From Chlorokybus atmophyticus (Eukaryota; Plantae; Mesostigma and Chlorokybus algae), in the NCBI GenBank assembly GCA_009103225.1, contig RHPI01000003.1, positions 280,900 through 344,899 on the forward strand: DNA of 64,000 bases, written 5' to 3'. The notes below the pieces were generated by a model that searched no databases, was not told the origin of the DNA, and saw only the letters and a list, made by a program, of their open reading frames with translations. Shown here piece after piece: positions 37,383 to 50,098 of this stretch; the stretch's first letter is position 1; every line of letters begins with the position of its first letter. A program made the translations under genes and the position numbers.

Positions 37383-40300
37383 TTTCCCCCCCACTTAGTT
37401 TTCAACGTTCTTATTGCAGTTGATCAGGCTTCATTTCGAGTAATTGTAACTAGAGAGATAGCAGAAATGACAGGGTGGTAATGAAACTGCACTACCAGTC
37501 TGTCATAAAACCAAGCCCATAGTTTACGGAACAGGACGTGAATCCCAATAAGTTTAAAGCAACTCGCGGCAGCGCGTAAGATGCCTGTCGGGCTCCCAAC
37601 TGTTATGTTCCGAGCTATACCTTTGCATTTCACCAAATAGCGAGTTGCGCGTTGACTATCTAGCTTATGGTTCAATATAGCTTCCACCTTGTGATGGAGC
37701 TCGCTGTTCACCTCAACTGGCGGTGGTGGAGGCTGTGTTCTACCGTCTGAGCGGTAAGGTTTCAACAAGTTCACATGGAACACGTTGTGTATACGCACAC
37801 TTGGGGGCAATTGCAGTCGATAAGCGTGCGTACCAACTCTATTAGTGATAGAGAAAGGACCTAACCATCGGGGCAGCAACTTGCGAGCACCCGTACCTTT
37901 GATGGTTATGTTCTTTGCATTAAGCAAAACTTTATCGCCGACATCGAAAGTGGCCATTCTTCGATGCGTATCAGCATAAGCTTTTTACCTGTCCTGTGCT
38001 TTTGACAGATATAGCTTGGCTCGAGTCAAATTTTCTTGCATATCGGTGGCAAATTTCTTTGCCGCTGGTACAGTCAGGGCATTGCGAGGTACACGCAATG
38101 ACGCTGGTGTGTTCGGGCGAATCTCATAATTCAAGGGAAATGGGGTTTCCTTTACACTTTCCTGCATCGCGTTTTTCACAGCGAACTCTGCCATTTGCAA
38201 GCACCTGTCCCAATCAGCATGGTTAGGAGCCACATAGTGGCGAAACATTTCTTCCAGTATTTGCTCGCTCAGTTTGTCCGTCCGTTTGCGGGTGGAAAGC
38301 AATCGACATCCTTTGTTTCACCCCCAACAATTCACAGGCTTCTCTCCAAAACTTGGAGACAAACTGAGGATCACGATCGGTAATAAACTCAAGCGGTACA
38401 CCGTGAACTCGAAAGACCGTGGACACAAATAAATGTGCTGAGTCCCGTGTACTCACAGTTGTGCAACACGGGGCAAAATGCACCATTTTGGTTAAACGGT
38501 CGACGAAAATCACAATAGTAGTGTATTTTGCTGCTGTTTTAGGTCAGTAATCAAATCCATACTGACACTATCCCACTTTTGTTCCGGAATTACCAATGAT
38601 TTAAGCAATCCCGCTTGTTAGTGTCGTAGTGGCTTATTACGTTGACACACGTCACATGTGCAAACATATTGATCCACATCAGCTGACATTGACGGCCATC
38701 AGTATAACTGTTGCGCAGCTTTCAGTGTTTTGTGTTTCCCCAAATGCCCAGCATACGGCGGGTCATGCACTGAATGTGAGCATTGCTTACGCAAGTCGCC
38801 TGAGTTGGGAATTGCCAACTGCTCCCCTATATACCACAGATTGCTGACAGCAGTAAGCTATTGCAAGTTGGTTTGACTGCTAAACCAATCATCTGAGTTA
38901 TAACCTGTGGACACTTTTTTTAAGAAAGGATCTTCATGCTGTTGTACATTACGCGTACTTCGAGAGCGCATAAGTGCCAAAAGAGCAGGGCTGCGACTTA
39001 GTGGATCCGCCACATTGGTGCGACCCGGACGGTATTGCCAAGTGAAAGTGAAACGAGAAATGAATTCATTCCACCTAGCTTGCCGCCTCGACAGATTTTG
39101 TTGCGTATGAAAGAATGTGAGCGGGTTGTGATCAGTAGTCACTGAAAATTCCACCCCTTCCAAGTAGCAACGCCATGTGCGCAGCGCGTGCACCACCCCG
39201 AGCAATTCCTGTTCGGTGGTTGTGTAATTACGTTCAGCAAGAATGAACTTTCTGCTTTCATATACACATGGTCTGTCATCCTGTAGAAGGACTGCCCCAC
39301 ACCCCATGGTGGAAGCATCAGTGATCACCACAAAAGGCTTGGTGTGGTCAGGGAAGGCTAACACAGGGGCTTGTGTTAATGCATCTTGCGTGTAAAAACA
39401 CCCTCGTGTGCCTCCGTCCACACAAATAAAACATCTTTTCTCAGTAAAGATGTTAAAGGATTTGCCATGCTAGAATATGCTCGCATGAACTTGCGGAAAT
39501 AATTGGCTAGCCCCAAGAAAGCACGTAACTGATGCACATCCTTGGGTGGTGGCCAATACTTCACCGCACACACCTTTTTAGAATCTGGTTTCAATCCTTC
39601 TTTGCTAATCACATGCCCTAAAAAGGGTAGTTCATCCTTTGCAAAGTTGCATTTGGACAGGTGGCATAGAATTTGTGTTCGCGTCATTTAGCTAAAACCA
39701 ATTCCACATGCTTGTGGTGTTCCTCCCGGTTTTTGCTGAACACAGTAATGTCGTCAAGATATACCAGTACAAACTTATGCAATTCATCAGCAAATACTGC
39801 GTTCATTGTCGCCTGAAATGTAGCTAATGCATTTGTTAACCCAAATGGTAACACTTTATACTCAAAGTGTCCTAGCGGGGTGCGAAGTGCCGTTTTTTGT
39901 ATATCTGATGGGTGGCTTGTGATTTGATGATAACCACTGGTCAAATCTAGTGTGCTGAACACTGTTGCACCTGACAGCTTATTAAACAAATCATCAATTC
40001 GAGGCAAAGGGTATCTGTTTTTCACAATTACCTTGTTCAATGTATTCAATACACATGCGTAGCTTGCTATTCGTTTTGGGCACAAACAAATTGGTGCACC
40101 AAAAGGAGATACGCTCTTTGTTATTGAACCTTTATCCAATAACTCTTTGAGCTGTTTTTCCATTTCCGCGTGTTCTAAGGGACTTAGCCTATAGATAGGC
40201 CGCCAAGGTGGCTTTGCCCCTCTTCCAACGGAATGGTATGATGTATGTTTCTATCAGGAGGCAACTCTGGGAGTTCATCCTTAAAGACATATGCGTATTG

Positions 40301-43300
40301 TTTCGTACTACTTGGTAAGTGATTGCACCACAGGGTTAGTAACGGCCTGTTCAACAAGTGTCTCTACCTGTCGTAAGTGCATCAAATATACTTCCTCACA
40401 TTTACGCATGCAACGTTTCGGTTGCAGAGCAGAAAGGAGCAGAACAGTGTTGCGAGCAACACGTGCGAGTACAGGTGCGGTTAACGTCACCTTACGTTTA
40501 CCCTTACGAAGGGTGCACGTATTTGCTCGAGAGTCCAATTGCAAACCTGCTTCGGTGCCATTGTTCACCCAAAACAACATCTACCCCGGGGATACCTATA
40601 TCCACCACGATGAAAGCTGGTCGAGTCTTGTGGCTGTTAATAATAAAACGCCCCTTCACCTCCCCAATTGCATTGAGGGTGGAACCAGCAGCACGTACAT
40701 ACGACATGACTGGTGTGAAAGGTATGTTATTACGTTTCACCCAAGCATGTTCAACAAAGTTATGGTTTGCACCAGTGTCAATCAATGCTGTACATGGTGT
40801 GCCCATAAGTTGACTCTCAAATCTCCAATTGAGTGGCACTGAGTGACCATCAAATGTAGCTAATGTCGGAGTGCCGTGATCGGTAGCAAGCTTGATAAAG
40901 ATCACTTGTAACGGTGAAGTTCCTGTATCTTTGCGTGAGAGCTGCATAATTACTTCTCCCCCTTTCAACAATTGCGACCACGAGCCATAATATCGAGGGA
41001 TAACTACACATGCAGTGACAGCATGTTGTAATTGCAACTCGTGTAAGTGCTTAACAGCAGTTACCAATTCAGAGAATGGAACATTGATTCAAACACAACC
41101 GTTTGCATTTGTCAACACAGGTGGTGTGCTCATATCAGTCCATACATTTAATACATCACAAAGAGAGGAAAGTTCATCAAAAAGTACAGATTTTTAAAAG
41201 TCGTTTTGCTCGACCAAGCTACCAAACATAGACAATTCCTATTTCTTGTCCTTCTGCTGCTTGGCCTTCTGTGCATTCTTCTTTGCATAGCACTTGGCCT
41301 CCTTATGACATGTCTTCTTGCAGAAGTTGCATGTGATGGTGGATTTGGCCGCGTTGTAGGGGCCAGCAGGCTGAGATGTTTTCGCCTTTTTCATAAGAGG
41401 TTTGTTGTCAGTGGCCGGGCGCTTTGCAGCTGAAGTCGGGGCTGCCTCTTTTGCTATGGTTTGCATGTTTACTTGAGAGCGCTTCACACTGTCCACAGCA
41501 GCAACCATCTGCATCAGCATTGGCAAATCCGTCGAGGCCCATTGTTGCAAACTCGCGAGATTGACGGCCACATGCTGCACGAAATCTGTGTCCAAGCCAC
41601 GCCTGAACATATCCAGCTGATCAGCAACACTGATGGGTAGTTTGCCAGCATTGATCTTGCAGACAAAAGATTGAAAGTTCTGATATACTGCTGAACCGGA
41701 CGCCCGTTCTGACGCAGATCGTGCAGCTGGTTGCGAGCAACCTGGGCAGGATCTGCGCCGCCATAGCGCTGCTTAATGAAAGAGCACAACTGATTCACTT
41801 CCCGCCCGAGGTTTGTATCACGTTGCTTACGGCGGTACCACTCTGCCAAAGCATGGTTTGAGATCAGCAACTCAGCTACACGCAACTTCCCCTCCTCAGA
41901 GTTGTGAAGGGAGTTGACATAGTGTCTCAGCTTTACGAGCAAGTCGAAAATTGCCGCTTGTTGGTTGGGAACAAACTTGACATATCGAGCGAGCGCCTGA
42001 ACAGGTGGACCACTGTCAGAGCGTTGAAGGCGCTCAATCATGTTCAGAACACGTTTGCCTTCACCCATCAATCCCTCCCAATCTCGCCCCATAAAGGTGG
42101 TGAGTTTTGAGATCTTTTCCGCCACATGGAAGAGGAAGTTGACGAGCGAGACAATCGCCTCACGAGGCTCCTCATTATCGGTGCCAAGAAAGTGGTCCAT
42201 CAACTTCTGTTTTGTCAAGCGAATTGAGATTTCAGGCTGCACGAATGATGATGGTGGTGGTGGCCCCTCTGGTTCCACCAAGGAATCCACATCCGTAGCA
42301 GCATGAGACTCATCAGATGCATCATCTGGGTTGGAAATATCCTCCATGAATGGAAACTCCTCCTCACACGATAATTGCTCTTTTTGCGAGCTTTCCCCCT
42401 TTGAGGTGGGCAACGAGTTCTCTTCCATTTGTCTGCAAAACAAGCAAAATGGAATGGTGAGAACCTCACCAATGGACCAGGTGCAACGAGAGGATAAAAT
42501 AGACCCCGAGTTGTAAAAGTCCTAGACAGAGTTTAAACTAGTCCCCCAACCAGGAAAGTTGGATCTGGAGTGTCACCAAACAGAACAAGTCTAAATGGGA
42601 CCAGAATGTCCTAACCCTGTGTTGTCTTCAACCAAATCCCAACCTTCAGGCCGAAGTCAGAAGGGGAGGGTTTCAGACTAACAGAGTTTGGGAACACAAT
42701 GTCCTAAAATTTCCCTAAAATTGTCTTAACCATATCCCGATTCCCAGGCTGAAGCCAGAGGGGGAGGGTTTGGGAACAGCTTGGTTCGGAACTTGCGGAC
42801 CCGGGTCAAGCGACCCAAAAAAGCAGCTGGCAGGTCATTGGTACGTCACCGGCATGCAACAGGCAAGCCACAAGCATGCAACAGGCAAGCCGTATAATGA
42901 CCAACTGTGACATGCACTGGCAAGCACAATGACAAGCAATTACCGCATGCAATGACAGGCAATCACTGCAAGCAATGATAGTGCGCTAAGGGTGACAAGC
43001 AGTGATGGCACACTAGCAAGCCGCACTCATGTACTGGCAAGTCACTGAATGATGTGCATGAAAATATACACGTGCACCTGGCAAGCAGATGGCAAGCAGG
43101 CAAGTCACTGACGTGTGTGATGGTACCTCACATGTGGAGAGGCCGCCTCTTAGATGGGTGGCTTCAACGTTGAGGTAGTGCAGGGAAGCTAACTTGAAGC
43201 TTGGGCTGCGTGGACGAATATGAGGCCGCCGCCACCGCCTTCTAATTGGCCAAGAGCAGGTCGCCGCCCCCTATAAGTACCCACGTCACCCCCCAGCTCC

Positions 43301-43310
43301 TGGATACCAA

Positions 43311-43829
43311 TGTAACAGCACCACCGTTGCCAGTTATGCCCCTTCAATCCTCTACCTCAACACCCACACCGCCTATGACAAGCCTTTCAGCGGCGTGGCC
43401 GCCACTGAGCAGAGAACTGAAAGTGTGAAGTCACATCAGTTTGATGTGACCTTTTATATCAAGAGTATGTCAATTATATACCTCTTGATAATTAACTCAC
43501 AACTAGACATCGACCCTACAGATAGGGTAGTTACAAAATCTAGCGTGAGCCAATTATGCTCAGATAAAGTACCTATCAATTAGGTACCTACCTATCGTAA
43601 GGTATCCAACGAGATTGTGATCGCATTTCATCAAATGTGCCATTAAATAGGCTTAAATAAGCGGCCTTACACCCATTGGGACTTATTTAAGCTATAATAA
43701 AGCATCATAGCCTTTATTAAGCGAGGAACCGTAGAATAGAGGTATAAATAAGCATATTTAGATACTTATTCATACAGAATGTGTTATTTAGGTAGCAGTA
43801 ATACCCCTATTATTATTGCTCCCGTTACA
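43311..43829 (-). repeat. 5' LTR of element B (519 bp)
   Basis: Direct repeat of 36867-37382, followed on the minus strand by an initiator-Met-like PBS. Confidence 0.93.
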
Positions 43830-44042
43830 CATTTGGAAAAATGCTCGATCATGACCAAGATGTAACGGTTGCCACGTGCCGAGGGTGCCAAATCTCCCAA
43901 GATGTCGGGTCCCCAGCGATAAAAAAGACTGGAGATGGGGAGAGTGCAAGGTGACGCTGCGTGTGTTGAGGCTGGCGCGTACCATGTCACTCTGTTGGCA
44001 TTGACTGACAAACCCCTGCACCTATTTGGACAGCCCATACCA

Positions 44043-46145
44043 TCAAAATTGCGCCCTTACTAGGCTGACTGTACGCTTGACACCGAAGTGTCCAAGCTCA
44101 GTGTGGAGGGCAGTGATGATGCCCTCGCGGGTGGCTGGTGTCAGCACCTCCTTGTCTTCGTTATGGACGCGGCAATACAACTTGTCATCCGCCCACCGAT
44201 AGTGGCGGGTGTGTTGACTGACACGATCTTTCTCTCGTGCACTCATGTTGGAGGGAAGTTGGCCACTTTGAAGGAAGGAGAGTAATGGCTTGTCCAGCCA
44301 TATGTCTTGCTTGGTGTCGGTGGGTGCCAGCTTGGTGTCGTCAACTTTAATGTCGACCGCGTGGACGTCCCTTAGGGGTGTGGTCACTGTGGGGCCGATA
44401 GACTTAAGGGCAGGAATCTCCTCTGCCGTTGAGGTGGCAGTGGTGTTCATCTGGCGCCCTGAACGTACTGCGGCAACAGCAAACATGGCCGCCACGGTGG
44501 GAGCTGCTGCTGCAAGGCCGAGCTCATGCCAAGCTCCGGTTGTATCGTTGATGATGAGGTGAGGGTTGCGATTGAGGCCATCGGCGTCTTTGTTGGTAAG
44601 GCCGGCGCAGTGGTCGATCTCGAAGTCATACTCCTGCAATAACAGGGCTCAGCGAGCAAGTTTTCTTGTAAGATGTTGGTTGGTTATCAACCACTTGAGT
44701 GGCTGATGATCGGTGATCAGCTGAAATTGTCGACCGAAGAAAAAAGGTCTGAATAAGGAGATAGCACACACTGCAGCGAGGCACTCCCCCTCGTAGCTGC
44801 TGTAGTTGGCCGCGGCGCTGTTGTTGCTTCGGCTGGCGTACGACACCACCCGCTCCGGCTTGTTCTCATCGTGCTGCACCAGCACATCCCCCATCTCAAG
44901 CTTACTCCAGGCGGTGTGAAGAATGAAGGGCTTGGTGTAGTCAGGGCATTGCAGGATGGGAGCGGGGGTGAGCCGCCCTTTAGCTCCTCAAACGCCTGCT
45001 GCTGTGGCTCCTTCCATGCAAACTCCATTTCCTTCTTCAGAAGCTCGCTGAGGGGCCGCGCGATTTCTGCGAAGTCCTTCACGAACCGGCTATAGTAGTT
45101 GGCAAGGACCAGAAAGGCGCGCAGGCGCGTAAGGTCCGTTGGAGCAGGGACAGCTGCCAGGGCCTCCACCCTCGCCTGCTGCACGTACACACCGTGGGGC
45201 ACAATTATGTGCCCTAGGTAGGGTACCTTGCGAGTGAAAAAGGTGCACTTGTCGGGGTGCACCGTCATCCTCACCCCCTTGAGTCTCTCCAGCACCTCCT
45301 CAATGTGCTGTAGGTGCTCTTCGTTGCTGCGGCTGAAGGTGAGAATGTCGGAAATGTAGCAAGGCGCGAAGTTCAGCCCCTTGAAGGCTTTGTTTATGAC
45401 GCGCAGGAACTTGGCAGGAGCATTTTTTAGTCCAAAAGGCATGACCTTCCACTAATACAGCTGCCGGTTGCCCCAAGACAGAGGTCTTGTGCTTGTCCTC
45501 CTCCTTAATGGTGATCTAGTTGTACCCTTGTCGCATGTCCGGGATGCTGAAGACGGTACAGTCTCCTACATCATTAAAGACACCCTCAACAGTAGGCATT
45601 GGATACCTGTCTTGTTTGATCTTGTTGTTGAGGGGGCGATAGTCGCCGCACATACGCCGGTCTGTCCAGTTGCCTGCTGAATCCTTCTTCAAGGGCATGA
45701 CGGTCGCGGCCGCAAAGTCCGATGTGGACTCCTCAATTAGGCCTGCATCTAGCGGAGCCTTGCACCTCTGCTCCACCAAGTCTTCTTCCAACTTGGAGAG
45801 ACGGTATTGTCGAAACACCGGTTTGGTGTCCACCAACTCAATGTCCATCTTGTAAACTAAGCAGATGCCCAGTTCCTTCACGCTGAAGCTGAACATACTC
45901 CTCCACTTGTTGAGGAGAGCCTCAAGTTGTTCTCGCTTTTTGCCTGTAGCCATCGGTTCAATGGCATGGGACCAAAAGGTAGCGTTGGCGACTACTAAGA
46001 TTTTCACCACAATGACTGCTGCCTGCTCCTTCATGTGGGCGATTGTAAGGGTGGTGTGTGCCGCTTTGGTCTCTCGCACGCGATCGGCCCACCCCCGCCA
46101 AGTGTTCGAGCTTCTGGAAGGACACATGGCGGTTCTGGACAGCAA
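44043..46145 (-). pseudogene. Element A reverse transcriptase and RNase H (frameshifted)
   Basis: RMCGDYRPLNNKIKQDRYPMP, MPFGLKNAPAKF, FLVLANYYSRFV, VSYASRS..NYSSYEGECLAAV, ITDHQPLKW, LQEYDFEI. Confidence 0.9.
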
Positions 46146-46149
46146 AGCA

Positions 46150-47090
46150 TATTTTGAATAACCACATCATGCTGTTATGGTCTATGGTGCGTCCCAACAA
46201 CTAACATTGCTCACTGTCGGTCAGCGTGGAACCAGTGATACTGCCAAAAGGAAATCCCATGGCGAATTCCCGCTCACGTGCATTGGGTTCCTCCAGTCGG
46301 CCTGTATTGGAATCCAGCACCATGCCTTCGCCTTGGTTGCGTAAGGCGTATCATTCTAGGTAGGACACAAGAGTGGGGAGCGCACGAAGTGGTTGACCAG
46401 GCTGGTTGCACTGGTAAAAGTGCTGGTGATCGTGTCGTGTGACTGGTTGTGCTGTACGACTAGAGTTCAAGATAGCGTCGACTGTCAAATCGCGCAGACG
46501 ACTGATGTGCAGATATTTAGCAGCAAAGAGATCCTCGATTGTAGCCCGGTTGGTCCACTTGGCGCGGACGCGATGAGCACGGGAGCCATGACGCGCTACA
46601 TTAAATTTCAGAGGGTGTCTTAGTAAAAAACTCACCTGTTAAAAGCTGTTGGACACGTGATGGCGCTTATCGTCCTTAGAGTGCACATTTTCAATGTATC
46701 TTGGAGGCCTACACAGCTAGTTGCTCTGCAAGATTTTGATGACACGCATCAGTTCCCATAACAGTCGCGAGCGAGGATCGGCAAGTCGTTGGCCTCTGCC
46801 TGCTCTGGAGTGTCCTTAACACTCCCATCTTGCTATCAGCAGGTCAATGTTGCCCACCGCCAGGAGGTAATCCGCAGTGATTAAACGGATGTCCTGTGGC
46901 AATGCCGATAGCGGCAGTCGCTGCGGGTAGCATTTGTGTAGGTGGCGCATGTGGTGGCTCAAGGCAAGCTGTTCATGTGGATCAGGGCCACAGTAGAAGT
47001 ACTTGATGACCGTCGCGCCGGTGTTGAGGACAGCGGCGAGGCCACTACCTATACCGACCAAAAAGTTCCAACACGGTGATGCCTTGTTGT
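46150..47090 (-). pseudogene. DNMT3-like C5 cytosine methyltransferase domain inside the element A pol
   Basis: Motif I ITVLELFG(+1 nt)GIGSG; LPQDIRLI; motif IV IDLLIARWEC*GHSRAG (Cys codon at 46819-46821); DPRSRLLWELMRVI; motif VI YIENV; motif VIII AHRVRAKWTN; motifs IX/X ERELAMGFP...LLGR. Confidence 0.85.
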
Positions 47091-49785
47091 GGACGGAATA
47101 CATAAAACTCCATTACTCCAGTGGCCACCTGTTGTTGCTCCTGCACCGCAACTTGGTCCTTGTAGAGAGGGAACCGTGAAGTGAGCCGTGGTCTGGTCTG
47201 TAGTGGATGTACGACCACCTGTGCGCGCCAGCGGCGTTCCGCTGGTTTGCGGTGGGCCACTTCTTCAATGGCATCCTTCTGAGATTTGTCGTACGGGATA
47301 GGCGAGTCTTGGCCAGAGTTGTGGGTGACCACCGCAGCTAGTCTATCAGTGATTGTTGAATCCGACCTGTGAGTGGCTGTTGCAGCTGACCTTTAGTGAG
47401 AGCGAGTGCAAGCCACCAGTTCAAGAGGTTACTAGCTCGAGAAATTCTTAAACCTCTCCATCCTCATTGTCCCAATGGGGACGAAACCATGCCTTCTCTG
47501 TCCAGCCCCATGCCAACAGGGAAGTTGAAGTCCTGTCCCAGCAACTGGTCGAAGGATCCTGCGTTGGTGACCACACACTTTTGTATGACCTCGGTGCTGT
47601 GGGAAGGGTCCACCCCTGTCAAGCGAATGCAGAGGGCCTGCTTGGTGATGCCAATCACCTTGTCATGGCTGCCGGTTGCTGTGTCGAGCACATATGGGCA
47701 AGGCATCAGCTCAGCGCTGGTGATGCCAAGATCGCGTGCGAGGTATCGTTCAATGATAACAGGTTGGGCTCCAGACCAGCATCACACGCTTGGGTGCTCG
47801 TCCATTGATAGTGACATGCTTGCCTTCGTTGGCAATCATGGCTGCATTGGCGTGGATGCGCAGCCGCTTAAATCGTCGGTAGCGTGTGCGTGGGGTGACT
47901 GCTGCTGCAGTCTCCTCCGGTGGTGTCAAGCGCAGTGCGGCAAGCGCATCTCAACCAGCTGGGTCTTGAGAACCTTTTTGTCCGCGGCCTGGCCCGAACC
48001 GTCCTTGTCTTGGCTATTGGTATACGCGCTGCAGCCTAAGAGCTGGCTGTGGTTGCCCTGGTTGTGACGCAGGGGGATTGCGCCTGTGTGTGGCCGGGGT
48101 CATACCTGGCGGCGTAGCCAGTGGATGTTAAGGAAACCCTGCAGGACCGGGTGTTTGTGGGCCCGCGTGCAGCCTGTTCTTCCACATTAGTTCAAGATAC
48201 AGCATGAGCTGCCTGCCTGACCAGTGTACCTTCTCATGTGGCTGTTGAATTATTGACCACGTCACTCCAGCAATGATTCCGAGGTATGGGCTGGAGATAC
48301 ATTGCGCGCAAGAGCCGCGCTCTTATATCGTGGGTGATGGTGAGACCCCTTACAATCCCTGCCACGTAGGTATCCCATCTGCCATTGACCACCCCCACTT
48401 CTAGCACCGCTGTTGCTCGTGCCCGCACAATGAGATAAGTCTCTGGCTATTGGACATGCTGCTCAGAAGCAGCTGCGAAGCGTCTGCGTTGCCGCGCTGC
48501 TTCCAACCCTGGCAAACTCGGTATGGCCTCTTGAGCTCCTTCTAGAATGTCAGTGGCTGTCGAGGCAACCTCGTCGTAGGCTTGCCGTAGCAATCAAAGG
48601 AAGGCGTCCAACCATAACAATCTGGTGCCGAATGCGAATCGAGGGACTGCGGGGTGATTGGTGACTAGCCAAGTCACTAGTCTTGCTTGAGCTGCATTGC
48701 CACCTTTCTGCATCCCTAACATCCGTCTCAGGCCGTTGTCTTCTTATCGATGTAGCATGGTTGTTTGTCGCAACAGGGCTGTGCGAAGTTGCTGTTCTTC
48801 GGGTGAGCCTGCTCCATCCCGTTGTGTACACCCTTGTAGTGTGAGGTAGCCTCTTCTGTGATCCCGTTGATCGTCAAGCAAATCTTCCAACAAGGCGGGT
48901 AGCAGCGGGGCGATCACCCCTCTGGTTTGCTGGGCCAGCGCTCTCGCTTGGTCAATGTCGGGCTCACCGACGAGAAGTGTCGTGCTGGATGGTGGGCCAG
49001 CGACTGTTGGTTTTAGGACAAAAGCGCAAGCAGCGTCGAGGGCTTGCGCTCTTGCATTAATTGTTGCCGTTTGGTCCTGCCGCCAGGTGAACGCCTGTTC
49101 CAGAGCGGTGTAGCGCTCATGAAGCCGAACGGTACGGAGGGGTCTCAGTGCTTCGTTGTCACCCAAAGGCATGTCGGCTGCATCAGCAATGTGCCGCTGT
49201 ACGTTGGGTTGTCGGTCTCAATACATCACCGGTAGAGATGGGTTACGGCAAGTCAGGCTGGATCCGCAACTTTGTTCGTAATTTTGTGCAAAGTTTGTTA
49301 GGGATCCGCAAGATCCATAAATAACTTATAGCTACATCCTTAATCCGGTTCGTGCCTGTCACAAAAGCGCTTTTTCGTTGACACTTCCTTGCGAATAGAT
49401 CCACAATTAAGTTGTGGCTATGTCTTAAACAAACTGCCATCAACCTCTGTTAATGCTCTATATTATAAAGATCCGTAATAAACTCGTGACCTCCTCCAGC
49501 TTTTGTGACCCATGATCAAAGGCCCTAACAAGATTGTGACTTGAACTTGATAATACTCTTGAGTTGCAGTCACAATATACTCTTGGAATATAGTCTTGGA
49601 AATCTCCGCAACAGTGATCTCACAACACAGTTTTGTCCTAATCTCTAAGCAAGTTGGGACCAGCTCTAGTTTAATTTGACGAGCTGGCAAAGGGTCCAAT
49701 CAAGTTGTGGCCCCATGCGGAACAAAATTCACACTTAAGGCATAAACAGTTACTTGCTTCTTTATCACTTGCCCTAGCTCTAATG

Positions 49786-49931
49786 TTATGACCGCATCCA
49801 TAACTTCGTTCAGCCCTACACCCAGTGTCTTTGTGTGTTTCTTACTAAGTCCCAAATCTTATGACCACATCCACAACTGTGTCAAGCCTTACACCTAATG
49901 TCGTTGTGTGTTTTTTGCTAAGTCCCAAATG
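49786..49931. repeat. Two tandem copies of a 73-bp unit just beyond the 3' end of the CACTA transposase gene
   Basis: ttatgacc starts at 49786 and 49859, and ttatggc at 49932. The shared body includes ctaagtcccaaat. Confidence 0.8.
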
Positions 49932-50098
49932 TTATGGCTGCAGTACCAAGTTGATTGCTGCTACACCCACATGCAATAAAGTGCACAAACTCTACATTTA
50001 GATTACACAAAGTTTCTCTAGTTCAAGCCAGCAATGCAGGCTGTGACAACATACAAAATTAGCCAACTAAAGACAAAGCATCCAACTACCCTCCAGCT

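Larger units (their letters stand above)
36867..43829 (-). mobile_element. Full-length LTR-bounded Ty3/gypsy chromovirus (element B), decayed
   Basis: LTRs at 36867-37382 and 43311-43829 (TGTAAC...GTTACA) with TSD CATTT (36862-36866, 43830-43834). PBS-like TGGTATCCAGGAGC next to the 43311 LTR and PPT aagtgggggggaaa next to the 37382 LTR. Contains gag (42443-41514), CCHC-like knuckle, protease LIDTGANHNF, RT VYLDDI, RNase H, integrase and chromodomain. Confidence 0.93.
35830..49250 (-). mobile_element. Ty3/gypsy element A with C5 DNA methyltransferase and PHD finger; interrupted by element B; termini not resolved
   Basis: Order on the minus strand: gag-like (49172-48230), protease (about 47800-47470), DNMT (about 47090-46150), RT (MCGDYRPLN, MPFGLKNAP, CYISDIL), RNase H, integrase (split at 43834/36862), PHD finger (36110-35900), and a purine tract at about 35838-35846. 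Confidence 0.85.

Noticed and set aside
49250-49780. 5' LTR of element A or left TIR of the CACTA element
   Set aside because: No match to the sequence at about 35830, no clear PBS and no CACTA motif found by eye.
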